64,000 nucleotides of DNA, taken from assembly GCA_000146465.1 (NCBI GenBank), contig CP001947.1. One strand, 5' to 3'. Every line of letters starts with the position of its first letter. Positions within the stretch are counted from its first letter, which is position 1. This document shows positions 29,835-39,523 of this stretch, piece after piece. A program made the translations under genes and the position numbers. The notes under the pieces were generated by a model. The model was not told the DNA's origin and searched no databases. It was given only the letters and a program-made list of their open reading frames with translations.

Positions 29835-30731
29835 TCACTCTACCATTTTCCAACCAAACTCAACCTCCATGCCCTTTTCCCAGTTATATTCCTTTACAAC
29901 TCCCACAGTAAAGCCGATGGTTAACCTTGTCCCTTCTCCCATTACACTGCATATCTCTTCCCTAAGGCAATTGCTGTAGACAGCCTTGAGATCCTTCCCC
30001 AGAAATATAACGTTGTTCTTACTGTCGCCAACAATAATCAAGTCGTTCCATATAGTAGAGGCCTTGATATTGTACGGGAGCTCGGTGAACGAGGCTTCTC
30101 TGGTCTTGGGATCAAACACAAGAACCTTTCTGTCAAACAACGATATCACCAATGTTTCTCTAAGAGCACCCATCGATACTATAGGCTCCTTTAGAAATAC
30201 CAAGCATGGATACTCATCCATCCAAACTTCTCTCTTCCTCCTAAATATAATGTCTTCTATCTCTACCTTCTCTATACAAAATACCTTTCCATTTTCAAAC
30301 GAGAGAAATAGTCTGTCCTCACTAACCATTCCATATGTGCATATCCCATTGGTTGATTCCATCTTCGTCTTCTTAACCTCAACATCCTCATCTTCAATGC
30401 TAATTACCATAATCTCTTTACTGCCCACAATCAGGAGCCAATTCTTGTATACAACAGAGACATCTAATGGTCCTTTTGGCGTAATGTCCTTGATCTCGTA
30501 CCCAGAAAGGAACTCGACTCTGATCTTGGACAACAGTACCCATCCATCACTGAAATACTTGATATCAACTATCTCCTTGTTCAGAGCCACTTCCTTAAGA
30601 ATCTTTCTTCTTGGCCTGTTCCATACAACCAACTTGCTTGATGTTGCAACAAGAAGAATGTCCCCTTCAGAGCCAAGAGCGAGAATCTTATCTCCGTGTC
30701 TGTATGTAAACGAACCACATCTCTTGTCCAT
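29835..30731 (-). CDS. Hypothetical beta-propeller (WD-like) protein
   Basis: 298 aa with repeated beta-strand-rich blades (e.g. ILLVATSSKLVVWN, LLIVGSKEIMVISI, LIIVGDSKNNVIFLG). No family assignment. Confidence 0.4.
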   Translation of the reverse strand: MDKRCGSFTYRHGDKILALGSEGDILLVATSSKLVVWNRPRRKILKEVALNKEIVDIKYFSDGWVLLSKIRVEFLSGYEIKDITPKGPLDVSVVYKNWLLIVGSKEIMVISIEDEDVEVKKTKMESTNGICTYGMVSEDRLFLSFENGKVFCIEKVEIEDIIFRRKREVWMDEYPCLVFLKEPIVSMGALRETLVISLFDRKVLVFDPKTREASFTELPYNIKASTIWNDLIIVGDSKNNVIFLGKDLKAVYSNCLREEICSVMGEGTRLTIGFTVGVVKEYNWEKGMEVEFGWKMVE

Positions 30732-30782
30732 CCAGTGGGAGACTTGGGAGAGAAATATATCAATGCAGTTTATTTGAGCTCC

Positions 30783-32285
30783 TCAGAAGTTTTTGAGGAA
30801 GTATCTAAATCCTGTCTTCAGCAGCAGAACATAAAGCAGTTCTTCGGGATCGCAGTCTTCATTAACCTTGACCATCAGGACAGAGTGTCTGGAAGAATAG
30901 AAGAAGTATCCCTTACTCCGAAGACTTGGTGTCAAGAGCTCCTCAATAAGTGGAGTTCCAAAGAGAAACGGGGGATCCGTCTTGTCCTCAACCTCCTCAA
31001 AGCCTGTTCTGGAGTAAAGGCTAAGGATAAAGTCGTAGTCTCGGAAGGTGGGCTGCAGTAACTTATGTGTTTGGAGCCTCATGTTTTCATCGAATAGGGG
31101 AATCTTCAGCCCTAGCACAGTTTTCTTGAGCCCGTTCAGCCTTTGCACAATCTTCAGAGGTGGGGTTTTTATAACTACTATGTCATGCTGGTACACCACC
31201 TCAAACCTCTTGTTCTTGTTCTCCGTAACTTTCAGCGTCTCAAGGTTGAACGAATACCCCTCAAGTCTGATTCGATGTCCCAAAAACTCTTGGAAAAATC
31301 TTCCAAACGATCTTATTTCTCTCCCAATCATCAGACATATCAGCTCCACAAGTCTGTCGTCAAAGTACACAGGAAAATATCCATGGCTGTCTAGAAAAAT
31401 CTTGGTAATCATCGTATTTTTCTTAACCACATCAGACTGCTCGCTCATAATTTCAGATATCCGCTCGTTAATTCTAAATTCCGCCTTTCGGTCTCCTTTT
31501 ATCATAATCTTAAATTTGAAGTACGATCCTCGGTACTTCAAGAGAACATGGCTATACCCAATCGCACATCGGTACTTGCTCTTCTTATAGATCAAGCAAT
31601 AGAGAGCTGTCTTTGCACAGTTAAGTGCATCCTGATCCTGCGGCCAGTTTGCATACGATCCGCAATGTAAATAGCACTCGTGGATGTTTGTAACCGAGGT
31701 GCTCATATGCATTGTACCACTGTCGATAATTTCCACGGGAAGTCTTATCTTCTTGATGTGCTCAAGAATCTCAACATATTTTGAATACTCGTCTCCCATC
31801 AGCTTGATCCCAAACACTATCTCATTCCACACAAAGTCATCCGCCTTGAATCCCTTCAGTCCATTCACTAGCAGGAAGTAAGGAATAGTGCTCTCGGGCC
31901 CGTTATAATTCGGTACAGGACTGTATCCTCTGTTGCTGAGCTTGATCCCAATAAAATGCTTGCCTTCAGAGGTATTAACATAGACATATCTCATCCGATC
32001 TCCATAGATCCGAATCACATCCTCCTTAAGCTTCTCGCTGCTGTATAGGGATTCCTTGTCCCTGAGGACTGCTTCAATGTCAAATAGATATTCCCCGTTG
32101 AGAATCGACCTGTACACCTCATCCTTCTTCCCTAGATGCATCAAAAGTACACTGTATACAGAACTTGGAGGCATGAACTCGTTTATCTTGTTCGACAATG
32201 TAAGCTCCTCAATCACCGAGTCCACATCTATTTTTATCTTATACTTTTCCAGTCTATCCTCTATGTACCTCTTGGCATTTTCCAT
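30783..32285 (-). CDS. Hypothetical protein, 500 aa
   Basis: Long ORF with ATG start, codon usage like its neighbours, and no recognisable domain. Confidence 0.4.
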   Translation of the reverse strand: MENAKRYIEDRLEKYKIKIDVDSVIEELTLSNKINEFMPPSSVYSVLLMHLGKKDEVYRSILNGEYLFDIEAVLRDKESLYSSEKLKEDVIRIYGDRMRYVYVNTSEGKHFIGIKLSNRGYSPVPNYNGPESTIPYFLLVNGLKGFKADDFVWNEIVFGIKLMGDEYSKYVEILEHIKKIRLPVEIIDSGTMHMSTSVTNIHECYLHCGSYANWPQDQDALNCAKTALYCLIYKKSKYRCAIGYSHVLLKYRGSYFKFKIMIKGDRKAEFRINERISEIMSEQSDVVKKNTMITKIFLDSHGYFPVYFDDRLVELICLMIGREIRSFGRFFQEFLGHRIRLEGYSFNLETLKVTENKNKRFEVVYQHDIVVIKTPPLKIVQRLNGLKKTVLGLKIPLFDENMRLQTHKLLQPTFRDYDFILSLYSRTGFEEVEDKTDPPFLFGTPLIEELLTPSLRSKGYFFYSSRHSVLMVKVNEDCDPEELLYVLLLKTGFRYFLKNF

Positions 32286-32365
32286 AACAGAATGGGTTGG
32301 GATCCAGGAAATCTAAATTGAAGAAGAAAGTTCTCTTCCTCTTTCACAAGAAACAGAAATAACCT

Positions 32366-33964
32366 TTAATCATAAAAATCAGAGATGACATTGTCGATCT
32401 TGAGAACCATTGTAACAAGCTGTGTTGCCATCTGGAACTGCCGAATCTTGCTGCTGAGAGCATCAAAAACCCCCAACTTCTTCATGTCCTGCTCCCCAAC
32501 GTCCAGGCAATCAACTCCAAGCCTGAAGTTCTTACTTTCCATTTGCAATTTCCGAAGGTCCGACGAATACTCAATCGGGTTGTAACCACTGTTTCTTGCC
32601 AAACAGAGCGGAATCTCCTCAAGAGCCCTTCCAAACCCAAGGATCGCTTCTTGCTCCTCTCCAGAATACTTCCCTGCTTCCTCTTCCAAGGAAAGAGAGC
32701 ACGACATCTCAGAAGATCCTCCTCCGTAAACTATTCTGTTGTTGGTAAGGATGTTCCGAACGGCACAAAGAGCATCTCGGATAGATCTTTTGGCTTCCTC
32801 AATAACTAGATCATTTGCTCCTCGAACAAGAATAGTAACGGCCCTGCTACGCTCCGGGTTCTCAACTACAATAATCTTGTCGTTTTCCGTTCCAAGACTC
32901 TCCTCACGGATACTTGCCTTTCCAAGATCAGATTCGTCGAGATCTTCAAATCGGGCTATTATCGATCCTCCTGTATGGACAGCCAGAAGCTCAAGCTCGT
33001 GTCCTCCAACCCACCTCACCGCTGGAAGATCATTCTCCATAAGAAGAGAGTTTGCTTCGTCATCAAACCCCCATTGGCACATAACAATGTTGGCTCCGCT
33101 TTTCCTGACACTTTCTATCATCTCTGTAAACTTCCTTCTTTCATATTCCTCTAGCTCCTTGTACTCCTTAGCATTCCCAATAATAAGACTATGCTTGGTC
33201 TTCAGCTTCGGAGGTTCAAAGGGACAGCTGAGAAGTGCTATCCGTCCGTCCTCAATCTTCTTCTTCATCTGAGGATGGCTGATCTCCTTGTTAAGAACAA
33301 CCCCCTTCACAAGCGTGGTGTCAGATATATCCCGTCCAACCTTACCTTCAATGTTGATTAACTCAAAGTCAAGGTCCTTTCTCTCTGTATCCGCAACCAT
33401 CAAAACTGCAGATGTACATATCTCTGCAAACTTCTCAAGAGACTTGCTCACTATCTTACTCCCTAGGCTTGTCTTTGCTGCTTTCATCATCGTCTCTCTT
33501 AGATCGCATATCTCTTCGGAAATCTCATTTAGATGCTTAACAGCACACTCTAGAGCTAGCTCAAAACCCTCAGATATCTTAACCGGATGTATCCCTTGTC
33601 CAAGTAGTATCTGGGCCTGTCCAAGGAGAGCAGAAGCAAGTACAACTACCCCTGTGGTCCCATCTCCTATCTCCTCATCCTGAGATTCACTTAACTGCAC
33701 TATAAGCCTTGATATCGGATTCTCTGTCATCTCCATCTCTTTAAGTATGGTTGCTCCATCATTGGTCACAACTATATCGTCGTCCTTGCTCTGCAGTATC
33801 TTATCCATTCCAGTCGGCCCCAAAGAAGTTGAGAGAAAAGCTGCTATCGACCTAACAACTCCAATGTTTGCAATAATACATTGATGTCCCTTGGTCCTGC
33901 ACATCTTGTCCTCTTCAGTTATCTGAAACGTCTGCCCTAGTTCGTCAGTTAGAAGATCCGGCAT
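32366..33964 (-). CDS. CCT5: T-complex protein 1 (CCT/TRiC) subunit epsilon
   Basis: 532 aa. VTNDGATIL, EIGDGTTGVVVLA, CQWGFDDEANSLLMENDLPAVRWVGGHELELLA and RIVYGGGSSEMSCSL match CCT5 along the whole length. Confidence 0.9.
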   Translation of the reverse strand: MPDLLTDELGQTFQITEEDKMCRTKGHQCIIANIGVVRSIAAFLSTSLGPTGMDKILQSKDDDIVVTNDGATILKEMEMTENPISRLIVQLSESQDEEIGDGTTGVVVLASALLGQAQILLGQGIHPVKISEGFELALECAVKHLNEISEEICDLRETMMKAAKTSLGSKIVSKSLEKFAEICTSAVLMVADTERKDLDFELINIEGKVGRDISDTTLVKGVVLNKEISHPQMKKKIEDGRIALLSCPFEPPKLKTKHSLIIGNAKEYKELEEYERRKFTEMIESVRKSGANIVMCQWGFDDEANSLLMENDLPAVRWVGGHELELLAVHTGGSIIARFEDLDESDLGKASIREESLGTENDKIIVVENPERSRAVTILVRGANDLVIEEAKRSIRDALCAVRNILTNNRIVYGGGSSEMSCSLSLEEEAGKYSGEEQEAILGFGRALEEIPLCLARNSGYNPIEYSSDLRKLQMESKNFRLGVDCLDVGEQDMKKLGVFDALSSKIRQFQMATQLVTMVLKIDNVISDFYD

Positions 33965-34006
33965 CCACTGGGGTAATTTTTTCCAGGACTCTTTTCCACC
34001 AAAACT

Positions 34007-34453
34007 TTAGTCCCGCTTGTTCAACACCATTTCATAAAACTTATTACATTTATATTCCTTGTTAATCTCAAATCCATTTCTTCTGTAGAATTCCAGGCCT
34101 CTTGTGTTTTCTCTGTACACATACAAAACCACTCTCCCCACAATCTCGTTGTACTGCACCTTGCACTCATTCAGCAGCAAGGTTCCAATTCCCTGCGACC
34201 TATAGTTCTCCTCAACATGGAGCTCAAACACATACGCAGTATCTTTGGAAAATCGGAACGTAATAAATCCAGCAGGCTCCTTTCCAACATAACAGAAGAT
34301 GTAATTATTACTTCTATTTGTCAGAGACTTATACTTTGAAAATCGAAGCAAAGGACTTTTGCAATATTGGCGTATATTTGAGACTGCCAGATCTAAAGCC
34401 CACTCAATCATATTCTTACTAGGTTTTTCCACCTTCAGGACTCTCCTCTCCAT
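34007..34453 (-). CDS. GNAT-family N-acetyltransferase
   Basis: Acetyl-CoA-binding motif YRSQGIGTLLLNE and a GNAT fold. The track starts at 34555, but the ATG at 34453 avoids overlap with the divergent gene at 34491. Confidence 0.6.
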   Translation of the reverse strand: MERRVLKVEKPSKNMIEWALDLAVSNIRQYCKSPLLRFSKYKSLTNRSNNYIFCYVGKEPAGFITFRFSKDTAYVFELHVEENYRSQGIGTLLLNECKVQYNEIVGRVVLYVYRENTRGLEFYRRNGFEINKEYKCNKFYEMVLNKRD

Positions 34454-34490
34454 TGGAAATATTTTTCTAAGGCTTCTTCCCAGCCCAGCC

Positions 34491-34964
34491 ATGGAAAGCA
34501 AAAGAAAAAACACCACGAAGGAGCTTCTTAGAAAAATAGAATCACAGATAGACAAAGTGGCCTTTCTTCATTCTAATCCTACTCAAGCCAGAGAAATCGG
34601 AAAGGCTCTCCCCCCTCTACACCATCCCCAGGAAATTCTTGGAAGGTGTATTGCGAGGATGGACCGGCTGAACTCAATGATGAATCCAATGAAGTGCTTC
34701 ACAACATCTATTCCTTCAATAGAGAAACAGGTGGAGTACTTGTACCAAAGAAAAAAAGAATTTGACGAGGACAAGTGTTATTCTCTTCTTACAAAAAATA
34801 GAGTCGATGGAATCCTTTCCAACAGAAAAGCAACAATCAGGACAAAAGGAAGAACTCTAAGCTACGAGTTTAAGGAAAAGCTCACAGGATTCTTGTCAAA
34901 GAGAGGTAATGCTTCATGGAGCAATGAGAAAATAGATGACTTCATTAACTCGATGATGAAGTAA
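34491..34964 (+). CDS. Hypothetical protein
   Basis: 158 aa counted from the first ATG (the track begins upstream at 34359). No recognised domain. Confidence 0.35.
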   Translation: MESKRKNTTKELLRKIESQIDKVAFLHSNPTQAREIGKALPPLHHPQEILGRCIARMDRLNSMMNPMKCFTTSIPSIEKQVEYLYQRKKEFDEDKCYSLLTKNRVDGILSNRKATIRTKGRTLSYEFKEKLTGFLSKRGNASWSNEKIDDFINSMMK

Positions 34965-34989
34965 CTCATATAAACCATCCTAAGCCTGT

Positions 34990-35766
34990 TTATTTATCTT
35001 TTCTGGACTTTGTTCTACCAATGTACTTGGTTCTACACTGGATGGGGTTTCGAGTCATTACATGTGTGCTCACGTTTCGCCAATCTCCCTCTCCATATAT
35101 GTTCACACCTTCCATTAGTCTTTCATTTTCATCCTCTGTCCATTTGCCTTTGCGAAAATTTTTGTTGAGGAAATAAAATCTCATGGCACATTCCTTCCCA
35201 GTCTTTGTCTTAACTATCTTCGATACATATCTCCATTTCGAAAGCCCGTACTTCTCCACTCCCTGCTCCAAAAGCTTGTCTTCCTCCACACTCCACATCT
35301 TCGGTACAGATATGGTATTTGACCGAAGATGCTCTGTAAACACTTTAAAGGGTCTACATCCAACTTCCTTGGATATTTCAATCCAGTCTCTGCCCTCCTC
35401 GCTCATTTCCTTGACTCTGGCCATGTCGCTCTTACTCAGTTTCTTGTCGAGGCTCTCCTCCTTGTTGATCCATTTGTTAAAGCATTCATTTCTTGAAATG
35501 CTGAACTTTTCAGACATCTCCTTCCAGAAAGAGTCCTTGAGATCAAATCTCATGCAGTTCTTTGTTTTCTTGTGGAACTCCTTGTCCCGTTGAATGTCCG
35601 CTTCAACAGATATGGATACTTTTCCCTTCGGCTTAAGCCTGGCTATTGTGTTATTATAAGAGCATTGTCTTTTTATGTCTCGAAGCCTCTTCAAAATTTT
35701 CTCTATCTCTATGTAATCCATGTAAAGTCTCTCCAACCTTTTGTTCAGAGACCCCTTCTCTACCAT
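34990..35766 (-). CDS. Myb/SANT-domain DNA-binding protein
   Basis: Two Myb repeats (WSVEEDKLLEQGVEKYG..W and WTEDENERLMEGVNIYGEGDW). The track starts at TTG 35787; first ATG is at 35766. Confidence 0.55.
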   Translation of the reverse strand: MVEKGSLNKRLERLYMDYIEIEKILKRLRDIKRQCSYNNTIARLKPKGKVSISVEADIQRDKEFHKKTKNCMRFDLKDSFWKEMSEKFSISRNECFNKWINKEESLDKKLSKSDMARVKEMSEEGRDWIEISKEVGCRPFKVFTEHLRSNTISVPKMWSVEEDKLLEQGVEKYGLSKWRYVSKIVKTKTGKECAMRFYFLNKNFRKGKWTEDENERLMEGVNIYGEGDWRNVSTHVMTRNPIQCRTKYIGRTKSRKDK

Positions 35767-35790
35767 TGGGCTGTCTTGTCCATCCAATTT

Positions 35791-36816
35791 TCACTTCAGC
35801 TGTCTGCTTATGTTCGTAAGCCCACATCCAGGCCCAAACACAGTATGTCCTTGTGCAGTGTTCCGAACCTCGTACTCAAACCCAAAAAACCGCTTCAGCA
35901 TTTCCAGGATCTTTTCCACATCCAAGTCAACCTTTCCAACCCACAGACCTCCTACACTTGGAGGTGCCAAGGACATTAAGGAAAGTGCAAGATAAAGAAG
36001 CTTCTTGTCAAACATCCCTCCATATTTGATGCTCTTTAAAAGATCTTTGCAGGCTCTTGTTGCTGTTTCTCTCGGTGTTAGACCTTCCCCGTTCATTACA
36101 GAATAATAAATCCCGTTCTTCGATTCCGCAAAAACTGCACACTGGAATCCAGGAGACGGCCCCGAATCTAGTCTATTCGACATGTTGGAGAACACCTTTG
36201 TGTTTGAAACATCCTCCATAAGTTCCTTAATTCGCTCGGTCATCTCCTTGACAGGTATGGAACTCACTCTGCTGCTCAGAACTAACCCTCGGATCTTGAG
36301 AATCTTCTCTGGATTCTCCAATGAAATGGTAGTTATCTTCCCAGGCATGTCTACTGTGAATATAACCTCTCCTTTCCCTTCAGGCCCAAAGCCCCTCTTC
36401 TTGACTACAATCTCGCATCCCTTGATCCCAAATCTCTTCAGCACTCCAAAATGTGCAATTCTAATAAGATCGACACACAGCTTGTCGTTTGTTACTCCTT
36501 TAAACCTTATCTTCAAGGGCTCCGTTATAAAGGGACACAGAATAAGAAGGGGCTCTATATACATCGAGATCTCATCTTCACATCTTGCAACAACATCTCC
36601 TCCTTTCAGCGACCCAGGAGTAAAAACCATCTGGCCCTCCTCCCAAGAACAAGTAGATCCATGGGATATGCTCCGTAGAAGTTTGATAAACGATCTTGCC
36701 ATCTTAAGTCTCTTTTCTACTGCCACCCTGACTTTGTTCTTGGACAAAAGACTAAAGACAAGAATAAGCTCCAGATTCTCTTCGCAGTCAAAGACCATCT
36801 CTTCTATGCAATTCAT
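35791..36816 (-). CDS. RCL1: RNA 3'-terminal phosphate cyclase-like protein (Rcl1/RtcA family)
   Basis: 341 aa. Overall pattern resembles the RTC family, including the insert-domain region and C-terminal GPGCGLTN. Assignment is moderate. Confidence 0.5.
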   Translation of the reverse strand: MNCIEEMVFDCEENLELILVFSLLSKNKVRVAVEKRLKMARSFIKLLRSISHGSTCSWEEGQMVFTPGSLKGGDVVARCEDEISMYIEPLLILCPFITEPLKIRFKGVTNDKLCVDLIRIAHFGVLKRFGIKGCEIVVKKRGFGPEGKGEVIFTVDMPGKITTISLENPEKILKIRGLVLSSRVSSIPVKEMTERIKELMEDVSNTKVFSNMSNRLDSGPSPGFQCAVFAESKNGIYYSVMNGEGLTPRETATRACKDLLKSIKYGGMFDKKLLYLALSLMSLAPPSVGGLWVGKVDLDVEKILEMLKRFFGFEYEVRNTAQGHTVFGPGCGLTNISRQLK

Positions 36817-36824
36817 CCAGAGGG

Positions 36825-37487
36825 TTAGGGGCAGTGCAAAAAAGAATCCCTCGAGAAAGGGCTTCCCAGAAACTGCTCTGTGATCTCTTCCAGGAATCTT
36901 TTTCTATCTTTAGATCTGAAATACCCAGACCCAACCACTGCATAATCCACTCCCCTAATCTCCTTGATATTTTCAATTCCTATTCCTCCATCAATTCCAA
37001 CTATCTTTCCACTCCTCTGGATCTCCTCCACTTTTGCCAAGCATTCTCTTTGGAATCTTTGCCCTCCAAACCCTGGACTAACACTCATTACGAGAACGAA
37101 GTCTATGCCTTCCATCCCCACCTCTTCCACTCGAGTCTCAGGATTGATGGCAATCCCAAACAACACATCTCTTTGCTTTAGATATTCCCTAACTCCTCTT
37201 TTGTTAGATATCTCATGATGGATTGTCACCAGAGTCACTTTCCTCAGATCTATCCTCATAATAACATCCAGAGGCGACTCCACCATCATATGTATATCAA
37301 ACACAAAGTCATGCTCAAGGATCCTGTTGATTATACATGGCCCGAACGTGATGTTCTTGACAAAGGTCGTGTCCATGACATCCAAGTGAACATTGGTCAC
37401 TCCATTCCTCTTTAAGTCTTGAAGCTCCTCTTCAAGTCTCAAGAAGTCGCAATCTAGTATGCTTATTCCTATCTTTCTCTTTAACAT
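36825..37487 (-). CDS. RPE1: Ribulose-phosphate 3-epimerase
   Basis: 220 aa. HLDVMD, DIHMMV, SVSPGFGGQ and GGIGIENIKEI motifs of the RPE TIM barrel. Confidence 0.85.
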   Translation of the reverse strand: MLKRKIGISILDCDFLRLEEELQDLKRNGVTNVHLDVMDTTFVKNITFGPCIINRILEHDFVFDIHMMVESPLDVIMRIDLRKVTLVTIHHEISNKRGVREYLKQRDVLFGIAINPETRVEEVGMEGIDFVLVMSVSPGFGGQRFQRECLAKVEEIQRSGKIVGIDGGIGIENIKEIRGVDYAVVGSGYFRSKDRKRFLEEITEQFLGSPFSRDSFLHCP

Positions 37488-37534
37488 TCAGGATGGGTCC
37501 AAAAGCGTCTATCCAATATCATTTATTTATCTTC

Positions 37535-37882
37535 TTAGAACGTCAGGTCACTATCTTCACATGGAATAGGCTCTGAAAGGAACTTGTAAACCCAAATCCT
37601 CCTTATCTTCATCTCATGTAGGTCCTGTGTCAGGCTATTACAACAGCAGAGGCTTTTAATCGCACTTGTTTCAAAACTCTCTCTATATTGAAGCTTGTCT
37701 TGCACATACCTTCGGATTCCATATACACTGAACGGAACAAGAAAGAACCCAAATGCAGAAAACCTTTTGTTCCTGAATATCCTTGCATAGACTATCGAAG
37801 ATAGATAGCATGGACATAAAGTAGATGCCAGGCAAAATCTGGGCGAAAGTATAGGACACACGAATGGAAGATCATAATCCAT
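37535..37882 (-). CDS. Hypothetical small membrane protein
   Basis: 115 aa from the first ATG (the track starts at TTG 37888), with one or two hydrophobic helices. Confidence 0.3.
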   Translation of the reverse strand: MDYDLPFVCPILSPRFCLASTLCPCYLSSIVYARIFRNKRFSAFGFFLVPFSVYGIRRYVQDKLQYRESFETSAIKSLCCCNSLTQDLHEMKIRRIWVYKFLSEPIPCEDSDLTF

Positions 37883-37994
37883 TACCAAACCTTGAAAGGA
37901 AAAATATATCCTCTCTTCTCCTATTCAAATAGGAGATTGCCCAATAGGATCATCGGCCTCATTAAGGAGGACGATAAGGAGATGCCATGGCAAG

Positions 37995-38300
37995 TCATGC
38001 CATCCAGAATCTTCCATACACTGCTTTCCCACACACATTACATTCATCCCCATCCTGATACTTCTTTATTGCACACAAAGAGCAAAAGCTATGCCCGCAT
38101 TCTGTGAGGACTCTTTCCTCAAATGTCTTCTTGCATATTCCGCACAAAAGATCATCATCTGAAATCATCCCCATCTCTGAAAATCCTATTGATCTTTCAT
38201 GCAAATATTTGCAGGAATCTCCATATCCGCAGTATCCCGTTTCTCTAAATGGCTTGCAGATGATTTTGTGTGTCTCTACCATTTCATTATCTTTGGCCAT
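37995..38300 (-). CDS. CWC24: CCCH zinc finger plus RING finger protein, Cwc24/RNF113-like splicing factor
   Basis: CKPFRETGYCGYGDSCKYLH (C3H1) followed by the RING CGICKKTFEERVLTECGHSFCSLCAIKKYQDGDECNVCGK. First ATG at 38300 (track TTG at 38309). Confidence 0.7.
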   Translation of the reverse strand: MAKDNEMVETHKIICKPFRETGYCGYGDSCKYLHERSIGFSEMGMISDDDLLCGICKKTFEERVLTECGHSFCSLCAIKKYQDGDECNVCGKAVYGRFWMA

Positions 38301-38356
38301 AAGCCCCAAGGATAGTCTTGATGGGTCTTATATTTTTCCCAAAGCAATCTCAACAT

Positions 38357-39385
38357 TCAATCAAATTCGTCAGACAACGGGGCTTCTCTGGGAGGCTTTG
38401 TCCACCATCCATAAAAAGATTTCGAGGCTTTGGAAAGACTCCCAAGTGCTTGAGGAACATACTCTTGAACCTTATTCTTAATGGTACTTCCAAGTTCTTG
38501 AGGAACATACTCTTGGATCTTTTCCCTAACGATGTTTTTAAAATTGGGAATATACTCCTGCAATATCTTCTTTACAATAGATGGAATTATCTTCTTTGCA
38601 TATTCTAGAACAAGGATCTTGGCCTCTTCCTCCGATAGGGAGGAGCCCTTCTTTTTTGAGCTGTGCTCCTCATTTTCGATTGCAATGATCCATTCAAAAA
38701 AGAGAACAATGCATCTCTTTGCTATTGGATATAAAAAGGGAAAAGATACCACGATCAAAAACAAAAAAGTTATTGGTAGTGAAAACTTTTCAAATCTAAA
38801 CGGAACTCTCTCCATTCTCTCTTCAACCTTTCTCTTGATAGTCGACTCCATTGCCATCAGAACAACACCCACCAGATAGGAAATCTCTGAGGGAATTCCT
38901 TCTCTTCCGTGATTCAGAAAATCAACTGCCAGTGCTGTTCCAATGATCAGAATAGTCAAAGATGAAAATATAGTCTTACTGGCAGAATAAGGAGTAGTGG
39001 AATTCAATGTCTCACAAGCATTTGGCAGTAGATATCCCATCGACACAAAAATGGCACACTTGTGGATTCCAGCCTTTCCAGTTTTGAATGCAACAATTGC
39101 CCTGAGAAAGTATATTGTTAGAACAGCTATGCAGAATAGCTTCATCATAGTTTTGATATTTATATCATTCAAAGCAGACTTCCCGTCGCTTCTGTTGATG
39201 GAAATCAATCGCAATAAGAGTCTTACTTGGTAAAGGAAATTCACAAGCATAAGAATCCTAATTATCCAGCTAGCCAACACCCAGTTTACATTTGCGTATT
39301 GTATTCCAACTATAAAGTACAAGGTAAATAGTGTCAAAACCTCACTGCTAAACGGTTTTATGTTTATGGAAGCGATCTTCTCCAT
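38357..39385 (-). CDS. Hypothetical multi-pass membrane protein with C-terminal 16-aa tandem repeats
   Basis: 342 aa. TM helices, then repeated K(I/V)QEYVPQ(E/A)LGS units. Confidence 0.45.
   Translation of the reverse strand: MEKIASINIKPFSSEVLTLFTLYFIVGIQYANVNWVLASWIIRILMLVNFLYQVRLLLRLISINRSDGKSALNDINIKTMMKLFCIAVLTIYFLRAIVAFKTGKAGIHKCAIFVSMGYLLPNACETLNSTTPYSASKTIFSSLTILIIGTALAVDFLNHGREGIPSEISYLVGVVLMAMESTIKRKVEERMERVPFRFEKFSLPITFLFLIVVSFPFLYPIAKRCIVLFFEWIIAIENEEHSSKKKGSSLSEEEAKILVLEYAKKIIPSIVKKILQEYIPNFKNIVREKIQEYVPQELGSTIKNKVQEYVPQALGSLSKASKSFYGWWTKPPREAPLSDEFD
38444..38575. repeat. Imperfect tandem repeat, about 2.5 units of about 47 nt, inside the coding region
   Basis: CAAGTGCTTGAGGAACATACTCTTG at 38444 is repeated as CAAGTTCTTGAGGAACATACTCTTG at 38491, with a third degenerate unit. 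It encodes the KIQEYVPQELGS repeats of the gene above. Confidence 0.6.
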
Positions 39386-39523
39386 TCCCTACTTCTGAGA
39401 GAAAACCAAGATAAATTAATTACAACTGTGAACCAATAAAAACACTCTTTCTCTCCTTATTAATCAAATTCAAAAAGAAAATCCATGTTATTCAGGATCG
39501 CAGGGCTAAGTAAAGATGTTTAT

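Noticed and set aside
29986-30777. 263-aa Ser-rich plus-strand ORF
   Set aside because: Antisense to the better-supported WD-like gene. Composition is typical of an antisense frame.
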